From an uncultured Bacilli bacterium (GTDB lineage Bacteria; Bacillota_I; Bacilli_A; RF39; UBA660), in the NCBI GenBank assembly GCA_934096985.1, contig CAKONC010000001.1:494-64493 (forward strand): 64,000 nt of DNA. Direction: 5' to 3'. The notes beneath the pieces were generated by a model. It saw only the letters and a program-made list of their open reading frames with translations. It did no database searches and was not told the origin of the DNA. The position numbers were made by a program, and so were the translations under genes. Below, piece by piece: positions 11,024 to 20,268 of this stretch (its first letter is position 1; every line of letters begins with the position of its first letter).

Positions 11024-11356
11024 ATGTATAATGAAAAGATTTATTTAACACCAGGGGAGATATTGGAACATGATTTCAAAATTGATGCAAGAGGTTATCG
11101 TCCACAAGAAGTCGATAAATATCTTGACATGATTATAAGAGATTATACAGAATATAATAACATTATTAAAAATCTAAAGAAACAAATTAATGATTTAACT
11201 TCTGATAATTATACATTAAAACAAGAAATTCGTTCACTTAGGGAAAAGCTTGAAGCACAAAGTGAGGATTCTAACACAACAAAGTCAGTAACGAATATTG
11301 ACTTGCTTCGAAGAATTAGCAACCTTGAAAAAATAGTATATGGGAAAAACGAATAA
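11024..11356 (+). CDS. gpsB: cell-cycle protein GpsB (DivIVA domain)
   Basis: DivIVA-like N-terminus (EHDFKIDARGYRPQEVDKYLD) and GpsB C-terminal NIDLLRRISNLEKIVYG. GAAGGTG RBS before ATG 11024. Confidence 0.8.
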   Translation: MYNEKIYLTPGEILEHDFKIDARGYRPQEVDKYLDMIIRDYTEYNNIIKNLKKQINDLTSDNYTLKQEIRSLREKLEAQSEDSNTTKSVTNIDLLRRISNLEKIVYGKNE

Positions 11357-11708
11357 TATCTTTAGACAAACGCTATAAATTAGTTTTTATAGAGGAAAGT
11401 CCATGCTCACTTATCCTGTGATGGATAAAAATGTTCGTGTTTAAGGAAAAAATAACTTAAAGTAGTAATTTATTACTAACGGCTCTGAAAATTTCTGAAA
11501 ATGAAATGATTAAGTATAAAAGTGCCAAAGAGACGAGTCTTTTAGAAATAAAAGAAGTGGAACGTGGTAAACCCCGCGAGTGAGAAACCCAAATTTTGGT
11601 AGGGGAGCTAGTCAAAGGAAACTGAACTAATGACTGGATGTAGCTTGCTACATAGATAAATGTTTGTCACCATTTTATGGTACAGAACATGGCTTATTAA
11701 GATATTAT
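11354..11708 (+). ncRNA. rnpB: RNase P RNA (type B, Firmicutes-like)
   Basis: Conserved GAGGAAAGTCCATGC and ACAGAACATGGCTTA blocks. P1 pairing TAATATCTT (11354-62) with AAGATATTA (11699-707). Same gpsB-rnpB neighbourhood as Bacillus. Confidence 0.8.
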
Positions 11709-11739
11709 TTTTTTTATTTTAAATTAAGGAGAGATTTTT

Positions 11740-12210
11740 TTGAAAGATATTGGAAGCCTCTTGCTATCAACAAGAGAAGCTGCCGGACTTTCTCTTGATG
11801 AAGTTAGCAGTGATCTTAGTATAGAAAAGGCAGTACTTGAAAATATCGAAGATGGGAAAACTGGAGCATTTTCGGATATATTTTTATTAAAAAAGTATAT
11901 TAGTAATTATTCTAAATATTTAGGATTAGATGCAGACAAAATTGTTGATGAATTTAATGAATATGTATTTGAATCAACTTCAAAGATTCCTGTAAAAGAT
12001 ATTGTTAAAAAGATAGAACAAAATAATAAAGAGTCAAATGATGATAAAATAATGTCACCTTATACAAGACTTGAAAAAAAGCCAAATAATGCATTATATT
12101 TATTTATATATATTCTCATTGTATTATTAGTAATTATAGCGGCATTTTGGGCTGTTAAACAAATAACAATTAATACGCAAGTTGCAAAAGATATAAGTTA
12201 TAAGGAGTAA
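11740..12210 (+). CDS. rodZ: RodZ-like HTH membrane protein (TTG start)
   Basis: N-terminal XRE-type HTH (LLSTREAAGLSLDEVSSDL), one C-terminal TM helix, upstream of pgsA as ymfM/rodZ in Bacillus. Confidence 0.5.
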   Translation: MKDIGSLLLSTREAAGLSLDEVSSDLSIEKAVLENIEDGKTGAFSDIFLLKKYISNYSKYLGLDADKIVDEFNEYVFESTSKIPVKDIVKKIEQNNKESNDDKIMSPYTRLEKKPNNALYLFIYILIVLLVIIAAFWAVKQITINTQVAKDISYKE

Positions 12211-12213
12211 AAA

Positions 12214-12819
12214 ATGAATTTACCAAATAAATTAACTATTTCAAGAATAGTGTTAGCTTTTATAATATTAGTTATGTTATGCTTGCCTTGGCATGCAATG
12301 GGCTTTAACTGGCCAGTATATTTATTTCATGGAGTGACTTTTAATCTAAAATACATTATAGCAGGAGTACTTTTCTTAATTGCTTCAGTAACAGATAAAC
12401 TTGATGGTTACATTGCAAGAAAATATAACATGGTTACCGATTTTGGAAAAATGGCTGATGCAATAGCAGATAAAATATTAGTTAATGGAGTACTTATTAT
12501 TTTAGCTTATGATAGAATTATTCCTTTAGTAATACCAGTGGTAATTATTACACGCGATATAATCACTGATACTTGCAAAATGATTTCAGGAAATAAAGGA
12601 AAAGTTGTAGCAGCATCTAGTATGGGAAAAATTAAAACTGCTTTTATGATGGTTGGCTTATCACTTACTTTCTTTAATAATTTTCCTTGTGAATTCTTTC
12701 ATTTTCCACTTTCAAAATTATGTTTGATTATTGCTACAATATTTAGCGTAATAAGTGGATGCCAATATTATTATAAAACAAGAGAATTTGTTATACCAAA
12801 AGATGAAAAGAAAAAATAA
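12214..12819 (+). CDS. pgsA: CDP-diacylglycerol-glycerol-3-phosphate 3-phosphatidyltransferase
   Basis: CDP-alcohol phosphatidyltransferase motif DKLDGYIARK...G...ADAIADK; multiple TM helices. Confidence 0.85.
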   Translation: MNLPNKLTISRIVLAFIILVMLCLPWHAMGFNWPVYLFHGVTFNLKYIIAGVLFLIASVTDKLDGYIARKYNMVTDFGKMADAIADKILVNGVLIILAYDRIIPLVIPVVIITRDIITDTCKMISGNKGKVVAASSMGKIKTAFMMVGLSLTFFNNFPCEFFHFPLSKLCLIIATIFSVISGCQYYYKTREFVIPKDEKKK

Positions 12820-12895
12820 AGTATTTTCATTTTTTTTGTGCCCAAACATCATATTTTATTTCGAATAATATAAAGTAAAAGGAGGATTACCTATA

Positions 12896-13150
12896 ATGAA
12901 TTGTGAAAAAAGACCTGCAATGGAAGAAATGGGTAAAGTAGAAAATATGATGGGACAAATGTGTGAACCTATTTATGAATGTCCTGAAGAAAGGGTTTGC
13001 CATAGATATATATGTTATGAAGTTCCACATATTAAACCATGCAATACAAGAATAATTAATCATCATATTTATAAACATACATTTACTCCATGCAATACTT
13101 GTTGTGAAGAAAATGTAGTTGAAAATATTTACGATAGAAAATGTTGTTAA
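12896..13150 (+). CDS. Cys/His-rich spore coat protein CotD-like
   Basis: AAGGAGG RBS. VPHIKPCNTRIINHHIYKHTF resembles the CotD-family VPHIHP...HH..H pattern; 11 Cys. Confidence 0.5.
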   Translation: MNCEKRPAMEEMGKVENMMGQMCEPIYECPEERVCHRYICYEVPHIKPCNTRIINHHIYKHTFTPCNTCCEENVVENIYDRKCC

Positions 13151-13151
13151 T

Positions 13152-13177
13152 AAAAGTTCTTAATTGAACTTTTTTAT
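13152..13177 (+). terminator. rho-independent terminator
   Basis: AAAAGTTC-TTAATT-GAACTTTT plus T-run. Confidence 0.5.
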
Positions 13178-13209
13178 TTGCGTTGTTATAATGATTTCAA
13201 GGAGTAGTT

Positions 13210-13617
13210 ATGATAGAGGAGTATGTTATATATTTAAATAAAGATAAGTTTATTGTAAGTTTTGATACCCAGTATGTTATAAAAGAAAATGTCTATATTG
13301 TATTCAGCAAAAGTAAAAAGATTTTTGAGGTTAGTCAAATTAGAAGGCTTTGCAAATTTATTGAAGATACTTTTAATGTTGAGGCTTTTAATGATTTACT
13401 TAAAAAAACTCATGATATATATGAGCTTTCTGGTATACTATATATTTATTCATATTTTAATGAAATAAATTCAATTGCAGCTTGCTATAATGATACAAAA
13501 ACAATTTATAAAAAAGAATATATTGATAGTATTATAGAAAAACTTGATATTAAAGTTAAAAATTTATATCCAGAAAATATCAACGATGAAACTACTTGGA
13601 AAAAAATCGAGGTTTAA
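13210..13617 (+). CDS. hypothetical protein
   Basis: 135-aa ORF with AAGGAG RBS; no motif recognised. Confidence 0.4.
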   Translation: MIEEYVIYLNKDKFIVSFDTQYVIKENVYIVFSKSKKIFEVSQIRRLCKFIEDTFNVEAFNDLLKKTHDIYELSGILYIYSYFNEINSIAACYNDTKTIYKKEYIDSIIEKLDIKVKNLYPENINDETTWKKIEV

Positions 13618-13618
13618 T

Positions 13619-14959
13619 GTGGAAATAACAGAAAAGGCAAAAAAATTTGCAATAATGGCTCATTTTGGACAAGTTAGAAAAAGTGAAAAAGATAAGCCAA
13701 TGATTATTCATCCAATAGATGTAGCATACATATTAAAAAAATATGGGTTTGATGATAATGTTGTTGCGGCAGGATACTTACATGATGTTATCGAAGATAC
13801 CAAATATACAAAAGAAGACATTTATAATAATTTTGGTGAAGATATACTATCTTTGGTTATGGGAGATACAGAAAAAGATAAAAGTTTAAGCTGGGAAGAA
13901 CGAAAAGAAGCTACTATTGAAGAAGTGAAAAAACTGGATTTAAGACATAAAGCTATTGTTTGTGCTGATAAAATAAGTAATCTTGAAGATTTAATTATTT
14001 ATTTTGCAAAATTTGGTAAAAAGGATTTTTCTTGCTTTAAAAGAAACTATGAAAAACAAAAATGGTATTATGAAAGTATATACGAAAGCTTAATTTATAA
14101 TGAAGATGAAAATATACCAATGTTTGTATTTTTAAAAGATTTAATTGATGAGGCTTTTACTTTAGAGGAAAATAATTTTGTTAAAGATGAAATATTCAAG
14201 GGAAAACAAAGAGAATATAAAAAATTAAAAAATTTACATTTTAGAAAAGTTGAATTAATGAAATTAAAAAGATTATTTGATTTACCTACGTACGTAATAG
14301 AGTTTACTGGTACTCCGCGTACAGGCAAAACAACTCTTATTAATAATTTAAAAGACTTTTTTAAAAAAGGTGGTTTTAAAATTTCTGTTTTAGAAGAGTT
14401 TACTACATCTGAAAAATACAAAAAAGAAATATTTCCACTTTTAAAAGATAAATATAAAAATATTGTAAATATCGAAATACCCAAATATGTAAGATGTCAA
14501 CTTGAAGATTCTTTAAAGGAGAATAATGATATCATTATTGTTGATAGGAGCCTTTTTGATAGGCTTATTTGGGTAGAAAGATTACATATTAAAAATGGTA
14601 TGGATGACCAAGAATATAATGATTTTTTCGAAGAATACACGGAAGTAATTAAAAGTGAAATAAATTCTATAATTGCTACATATACAGATAGTTTAACATC
14701 ATTAAAAAGGGATTATAATGCAAATTTATCACTTGAAAAAAGAAATTTTTTAAGTATAGAAAATGTTAATGAATATAACGAAGCTTTATTAAATGTGAAA
14801 ACTATAGCAGAAAATAAGAATATTAACGTAGATTTATTTGATACAACCTCTAAAAGTGAAAGAACTATTTCAATGGAAGTTGCTGATAAATTATTAACAC
14901 AAATGAGAGAATTTTATTTAAATAAAATAAAAATATATTTAGAAAGTAATAAGGAGTAA
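13619..14959 (+). CDS. fusion protein: RelA/SpoT-type HD hydrolase domain + P-loop nucleoside/nucleotide-kinase-like domain
   Basis: N-terminus AHFGQVRK...IIHPIDVA...AAGYLHDVIEDT (HD_4). C-terminus GTPRTGKTT Walker A and DRSLFDRLIW. Start GTG 13619 or ATG 13586 uncertain. Confidence 0.6.
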   Translation: MEITEKAKKFAIMAHFGQVRKSEKDKPMIIHPIDVAYILKKYGFDDNVVAAGYLHDVIEDTKYTKEDIYNNFGEDILSLVMGDTEKDKSLSWEERKEATIEEVKKLDLRHKAIVCADKISNLEDLIIYFAKFGKKDFSCFKRNYEKQKWYYESIYESLIYNEDENIPMFVFLKDLIDEAFTLEENNFVKDEIFKGKQREYKKLKNLHFRKVELMKLKRLFDLPTYVIEFTGTPRTGKTTLINNLKDFFKKGGFKISVLEEFTTSEKYKKEIFPLLKDKYKNIVNIEIPKYVRCQLEDSLKENNDIIIVDRSLFDRLIWVERLHIKNGMDDQEYNDFFEEYTEVIKSEINSIIATYTDSLTSLKRDYNANLSLEKRNFLSIENVNEYNEALLNVKTIAENKNINVDLFDTTSKSERTISMEVADKLLTQMREFYLNKIKIYLESNKE

Positions 14960-14962
14960 AAT

Positions 14963-15628
14963 ATGATAAAATCTAAAGGTTGGAATTGGAAAATTGTTGA
15001 TAATGATGAAAATAATATTTGGAAAATACCTAGCATTGAATCATACTATTTGGTAAATAGATGGTTAAATAAAGGATTTAAGGATTTTCTTGATTTAGGT
15101 TGTGGCTTAGGAAGACATACTGTTTTATTTGCCTCAAATGAATTTAATGTATATGCATTTGATATAAGTGAAAATGCCATTGAAAGAACAAAAAACTGGA
15201 TTGATGAGCTTAATTTAAAAGCTAGTTATAAACATGGTGATATGGTTTGTTTACCTTATGAAAATGATAGCTTTGATTGTATTTTGTGTAGAAATGTTAT
15301 ATCCCATCAAGATACTGAAGGGGTAAAAAAAATAATTTTAGAGTTAAAAAGGGTTTTAAGAAAAGACGGAGAATGTTATTTAACTTTAGGTTCAAAAGAC
15401 ACTTGGGGTTTTAAACAAGAAGATTGGCCTTTGATAGATGAAAATACCAGACTTAGAATGGAAGAAGGACCAGAGTATAAAGTGCCTCATTTTTATGCGG
15501 ATTATAATTTAATAAAAGAGTTATTTAAAGATTTTAAAATTGAATTTATCAATCATATCGAAGACTTTTATGACTCAAATGGAAAAACATACTCTTCATT
15601 TCATTATCATGTTTTAGTAAAAAAGTAA
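14963..15628 (+). CDS. class I SAM-dependent methyltransferase
   Basis: Motif I FLDLGCGLGRHT; ~220 aa. Confidence 0.7.
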   Translation: MIKSKGWNWKIVDNDENNIWKIPSIESYYLVNRWLNKGFKDFLDLGCGLGRHTVLFASNEFNVYAFDISENAIERTKNWIDELNLKASYKHGDMVCLPYENDSFDCILCRNVISHQDTEGVKKIILELKRVLRKDGECYLTLGSKDTWGFKQEDWPLIDENTRLRMEEGPEYKVPHFYADYNLIKELFKDFKIEFINHIEDFYDSNGKTYSSFHYHVLVKK

Positions 15629-15698
15629 ATTTGAATGAGATTTTCTTATTCTTTTTTTAAATAATAAAAATAATGATATAATATAGAGGGTGGAAATT

Positions 15699-16097
15699 AT
15701 GAAAAAAGAAATAAATGTAGTAGCTGCTTTAATAATAAAAGATAATAAAGCTTTAATTGCAAAAAGATCAACTCATAAGGATGGATTTAATCAATGGGAA
15801 TTTCCTGGTGGAAAAGTCGAAGATAATGAAACTGAATATGAAGCTATTGAAAGAGAAATGCGAGAAGAATTTAACGTAGAAGTTAAAACAATTTCTTTTG
15901 TGACAAATAGTTTTTATAAATATACACATAATGATGTAAATTTGAAACTATATGAGTGTAAATATATTTCTGGTACATTTACACTTAATGTGCATAGTGC
16001 ATTTGCTTGGGTAGATATTAAAGATTTATTAAATTATGATTTTGCTCCTGCAGATAAGATTTTAGCAAAATATGTTGTAAACAAATATAATAAATAA
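15699..16097 (+). CDS. NUDIX hydrolase (MutT-like)
   Basis: Nudix box GGKVEDNETEYEAIEREMREEFNV; AGAGGG RBS before ATG 15699. Confidence 0.7.
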   Translation: MKKEINVVAALIIKDNKALIAKRSTHKDGFNQWEFPGGKVEDNETEYEAIEREMREEFNVEVKTISFVTNSFYKYTHNDVNLKLYECKYISGTFTLNVHSAFAWVDIKDLLNYDFAPADKILAKYVVNKYNK

Positions 16098-16105
16098 GGA
16101 GGCAT

Positions 16106-16984
16106 ATGAATAATAAGATAGAAAATAGTAAAAAAGTTAGTTTGGTAGGGCTAATTGGTAACATCTTTCTTTTATTAATAAAATCTTTGGTGGCATTTAC
16201 AAGTAATAGTCAATCTCTTATTGCGGATACATTTAATAGTGCTGGTGACATATTGTCGTCTTTTATGACTTATGTTGGAAGCAAAATTAGTTCGAAGAAT
16301 CCTGATGAAGATCATAATTTAGGTCATGGAAAAGCAGAGTATATATATAGTCTTTTGGTAAGTATTATTATGTTATTATTTTGTATAAATGTTATAAAAG
16401 GCTCTGTTTTATCAATTATTTATAATGAAAAATTAAATTATTCTTTTAAATTGATTATTATTTGTATTATTACTATTTTAGTTAAATTTATACTATTTAT
16501 ATATTCACGTTTATTTTATAAAAAAGATAATAATATATTAATTAAAACTTCATACATAGATCATAGAAATGACATATTAATAACGTTTACAACATTAATA
16601 TCAATAATACTTTCACGCAATAATGTTATGTATATTGATTCAATTGTGGGTATTTTAATAAGTCTATGGATAATGTATGTAGCAGTAAAACTATTTGTTG
16701 AAAGTTATAACGTTCTTATGGATAAAAGCTTAAATGATGAAACTAAAGATAAAGTAATTAACATAGTTCATAAATATGAAGATATCAAGGGTATAAGGCA
16801 CTTTAACTCTACTCCAGTAGGATACAAATATCAAATATCATTTACAATATTTGTCGATGGAAATATGTCAACGTTTAAAAGCCATGAAATTGCAAACAAA
16901 TTAGAAAAAGATATTATTGCAAATGTTCCAGAAATATATTTGACGGTAATACATGTTAATCCAATAAAGGAGGAAAGAAAATGA
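16106..16984 (+). CDS. cation diffusion facilitator family transporter
   Basis: Six TM helices, HNLGHGKAEY, and a C-terminal cytoplasmic domain typical of CDF. Confidence 0.75.
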   Translation: MNNKIENSKKVSLVGLIGNIFLLLIKSLVAFTSNSQSLIADTFNSAGDILSSFMTYVGSKISSKNPDEDHNLGHGKAEYIYSLLVSIIMLLFCINVIKGSVLSIIYNEKLNYSFKLIIICIITILVKFILFIYSRLFYKKDNNILIKTSYIDHRNDILITFTTLISIILSRNNVMYIDSIVGILISLWIMYVAVKLFVESYNVLMDKSLNDETKDKVINIVHKYEDIKGIRHFNSTPVGYKYQISFTIFVDGNMSTFKSHEIANKLEKDIIANVPEIYLTVIHVNPIKEERK

Positions 16985-17208
16985 AACTAATTCATATTAT
17001 TCATGCATTATTAAAAGAAATTAATTCAAAAATACCAGACAATAATAAAAAAAATTACTTGGATGATGAAATGGATATGTATAATCTTGATGAAGAAGAA
17101 AGAGAACTAGTGAAAAATGGTAATTATGATTCATGGGATTTTGATACTGAAGGTCCATTTGATGAAAATGATTATTATGATGATGACTATGACTATGATG
17201 ATGATTAA
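16981..17208 (+). CDS. small highly acidic protein
   Basis: 75 aa ending DDDYDYDDD; overlaps the CDF stop. Confidence 0.35.
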   Translation: MKLIHIIHALLKEINSKIPDNNKKNYLDDEMDMYNLDEEERELVKNGNYDSWDFDTEGPFDENDYYDDDYDYDDD

Positions 17209-17234
17209 GTTTAACAATTTGTTAAACTTTTTTT
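17209..17234 (+). terminator. rho-independent terminator
   Basis: GTTTAAC-AATTT-GTTAAAC plus T7. Confidence 0.55.
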
Positions 17235-17512
17235 ACAAATAAAAAATTTGTCGACAACAAGTAAAATATTTAGTACAATTAAGTTGTAATTTAAAGGCAT
17301 AAAAAAGCTGCCTAAGCAGCATCTCATCACATAATGAGTATTTAGGTAATCCTTTATTTTAACTCTCTATGTCATCTTAAATGGTATTAAAACTGGCTAT
17401 TGGTAATTACTGGTATTTTCAGGGGTTTAGTTCTATGTCATTTTAAATTTTTAAATATGATTCTATTTTATTTAATGTTATAATACTTTTATAAATGTTA
17501 TTGGAGAGTATT

Positions 17513-18349
17513 ATGATACACAGAATGAAATTAGATAATGAACCATTTGTAAACATTAAAAGTGGTATAAAAAAAATTGAAATTAGATTGAATGATGAAA
17601 AAAGACAGAAAATAAAAGTCAGTGATTATATAGAATTTACAAATGTGAAAACTCTAGAAATAATTTATGTTAAAGTAACGAACTTATATAAATTTTCTAC
17701 ATTTGAAGAACTATTTAAAAATTTTGATGCGTTAACTTTTGGTGATTACCAAGCAAAAGATATGTATTTATATTATTCGGTTACAGATGAAGTAAAATAT
17801 GGAGCGTTAGCTCTAGAGTTAAAGTATATCAAATCTGCTAAACAAATTATACATAATGATTATAATTTAACACTAAATGAAGTAACTAAAACTATTAGAA
17901 GAGCAAAATTAATTGTAGAAAATAATAAAGGTGAAATTCTTTTATGTCATTTGAATAACAATTATTTTCTTGTTGGTGGACATGTGGAAAATGATGAAAC
18001 AGATGAAAATACTTTAATTCGAGAAGTAAAAGAGGAAACCGGGGTATTAGTTGATGTTAAAAATTTATATCCCATTGCTAATGTAAGTTATATAAATAAA
18101 GATTATCCAGAAAAAAATATGAATACATATACTAGTTCTAATTATTATTATATTAAGTGTGATTTAATTCCTAATAAAAAAAATATGGATTTAACTAAAG
18201 ATGAGTTATCTGGAAATTTTCAATTAATTTATATTCAAAAAAATGGCATTATTGATTTTTTAGAAGAATCTTTAGAAACTTGCTCTCGAAAAGGAACTTT
18301 GCAAGATACAATTTTTGCTTTAAAAGTATATTTTGATATCCAAAAATAG
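17513..18349 (+). CDS. ASCH-domain + NUDIX hydrolase fusion protein
   Basis: N-terminus LDNEPFVNIKSGIKKIEIRLNDEKR (ASCH-like). C-terminal Nudix box GGHVENDETDENTLIREVKEETGV. GGAGAG RBS. Confidence 0.55.
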   Translation: MIHRMKLDNEPFVNIKSGIKKIEIRLNDEKRQKIKVSDYIEFTNVKTLEIIYVKVTNLYKFSTFEELFKNFDALTFGDYQAKDMYLYYSVTDEVKYGALALELKYIKSAKQIIHNDYNLTLNEVTKTIRRAKLIVENNKGEILLCHLNNNYFLVGGHVENDETDENTLIREVKEETGVLVDVKNLYPIANVSYINKDYPEKNMNTYTSSNYYYIKCDLIPNKKNMDLTKDELSGNFQLIYIQKNGIIDFLEESLETCSRKGTLQDTIFALKVYFDIQK

Positions 18350-18396
18350 TTTTACATAAGCGTTTATATCGTGTTATAATTAGCATGGGTGTATTT

Positions 18397-19386
18397 ATGA
18401 AAAAAATAAGCATAATGTATGAAGATTTTTTGAAAGAAAAAACAAAGCAAGATATTATTGATTATCTTAATTTTTTTAATATAAAATTTAGACATAATAG
18501 TTCTAAAGATAATTTAGAAAGAATATTATCTCATAGTCTTGAGGAAATCGTAAGATATTCATTTAATTTATTTCAAAATGATGAACTTGCAAATATAAAA
18601 TTAGTTATTAAAAATTTAGGTTATGTTAAGATTAGGGCAAATTATTTATTACAATATTTTTTAAATAATTTATCACGCTTTGGTCTTGTTAAAGTTATTA
18701 ATGAAAAAGAATATCTAATGCCTCAGGAAGTGGTAAAGTATTTTAAAATGTGTTTAAAAGATAGACAAATTTTAAAAAATGTAAAGCAAAATACAAAAGA
18801 ATATAATTTGCTTTTGGGTATTGTAAATACGTATGGAGTTTTAACATTTGAAAAATTTTATACAATTTATAATAAATCTTTTGAATATAATGAAAGTGAT
18901 TTATATGATAAATTATTAATTTTGCAAAAATTTTATTTAGAATTTAATATTTTATCAGACAAAAATAATAAATATATTTGCAATAAATATTTTGATAAAT
19001 TAAAAGACGTAAAAAAATATATTAAAAAGAAGGCTGAATATAAAGAGTTTTCACAAAAAGATTTAGTGAATATATATAGTTTTAAATATATGTCTAAATT
19101 TAAACCGTATAAAAAACTTTTATCATTTGTAAAAAAGAATTATTACTTGAATGAAAAAGATATTAAGGTTTTCCACAAATATGTTGTTCTTTCATATTTG
19201 AATGATATTCAAGTTGATTGTGCTGGAGCTGACGAAAATTTATCAAATAATATTGATAAATATTTTGAATATAAAAATGAGAAGCATAAAAGTAAATTTG
19301 TAGAATTAATTAAAGAAATTATAGACTATTATCCTATGTGGAAATTTTATGGATTTAGTCAAATGGAGGTAAAATGCAAAAAATAA
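18397..19386 (+). CDS. hypothetical protein
   Basis: Long ORF, no motif recognised. Confidence 0.4.
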   Translation: MKKISIMYEDFLKEKTKQDIIDYLNFFNIKFRHNSSKDNLERILSHSLEEIVRYSFNLFQNDELANIKLVIKNLGYVKIRANYLLQYFLNNLSRFGLVKVINEKEYLMPQEVVKYFKMCLKDRQILKNVKQNTKEYNLLLGIVNTYGVLTFEKFYTIYNKSFEYNESDLYDKLLILQKFYLEFNILSDKNNKYICNKYFDKLKDVKKYIKKKAEYKEFSQKDLVNIYSFKYMSKFKPYKKLLSFVKKNYYLNEKDIKVFHKYVVLSYLNDIQVDCAGADENLSNNIDKYFEYKNEKHKSKFVELIKEIIDYYPMWKFYGFSQMEVKCKK

Positions 19387-19742
19387 AAAATTGGCAATTA
19401 TATGTATCATTAATAATAATTTTTGTTTTTTCAATTTTCTATTTTATAACAATGAATAAATATAGTTATGCATTTGCCTATGATAAAGAAAAGGAGCAAA
19501 AAGTAAATCAATTAGTGTTAATAAACAAATGTGCTGAAGTTTATGCTGAGAACAACTCTAATTTATTTTCTGATAAAGATACAATATATATTACTGTTAA
19601 TGACTTAATAAATAGTGGCATTTTACCATCTGAAGAAGGTAAAGTATATGAAGCGGGCAGCAATGTTAAATTACTTAATGATAATAAAATAAGAATAACA
19701 TTAACTGATGGCAAGTATACGATTAAAATGTTAAATGAATAA
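19374..19742 (+). CDS. hypothetical membrane-anchored protein
   Basis: N-terminal TM helix; overlaps the preceding gene. Confidence 0.4.
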   Translation: MQKIKNWQLYVSLIIIFVFSIFYFITMNKYSYAFAYDKEKEQKVNQLVLINKCAEVYAENNSNLFSDKDTIYITVNDLINSGILPSEEGKVYEAGSNVKLLNDNKIRITLTDGKYTIKMLNE

Positions 19743-19830
19743 TATGTAAAGTATTTGTAAAAAATAACCAAAAATATTGAAACCATTTAGCAAAATTGGG
19801 TAAGATATTATTGTAAGGAGCTGGTACAAT

Positions 19831-20043
19831 ATGATTTACCCATCAATTGATAAATTATTAAATATAGTTGATTCAAAATACATGCTTGTTCATGTGGCTG
19901 CAAAAAGGGCTAAACAAATGCTCGAATATGGACATTATCAAATGGACAAAAAGGAGTATGTTAATAAAAAACCTTTAGGCAGAAGTTTGGAAGAAGTTGA
20001 AAAAGGATTAATAACTGTAATAAGAAAAGAAAAAAAATCTTGA
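19831..20043 (+). CDS. rpoZ: DNA-directed RNA polymerase subunit omega
   Basis: PSIDKLLNIVDSKYMLVHVAAKRAKQM is the typical RpoZ N-terminus; 70 aa. Confidence 0.75.
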   Translation: MIYPSIDKLLNIVDSKYMLVHVAAKRAKQMLEYGHYQMDKKEYVNKKPLGRSLEEVEKGLITVIRKEKKS

Positions 20044-20081
20044 TTATCTTAAAAAAGTGTGATAAGATAATCTAGTCTTAT

Positions 20082-20158
20082 GGGGAATTAGCTCAGCTGG
20101 CTAGAGCACCTGCCCTGCACGCAGGGGGTCGCGGGTTCGAATCCCACATTCTCCACCA
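20082..20158 (+). tRNA. tRNA-Ala(TGC), CCA encoded, atypical C33
   Basis: G3:U70 in acceptor GGGGAAT/ATTCTCC. Anticodon loop CCTGCAC. T-loop TTCGAAT with a C50-A64 mismatch. Confidence 0.75.
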
Positions 20159-20169
20159 ATAAGAATTTG

Positions 20170-20193
20170 AAAGCCAATGAATGGCTTTTTTTA
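20170..20193 (+). terminator. rho-independent terminator
   Basis: AAGCCA-ATGAA-TGGCTT plus T-run. Confidence 0.55.
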
Positions 20194-20268
20194 TTTGTAA
20201 AATTGTATATTAAACATTGTAAAAAAAACATTTTTTTGCTATTCTTATATTAGAATAGGTGATGAAAA

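Noticed and set aside
12887-13078. Minus-strand 63-aa ORF opposite the CotD-like gene.
   Set aside because: The plus-strand ORF has a strong AAGGAGG RBS, a terminator and a CotD-like Cys/His pattern. The minus-strand ORF has none of these.
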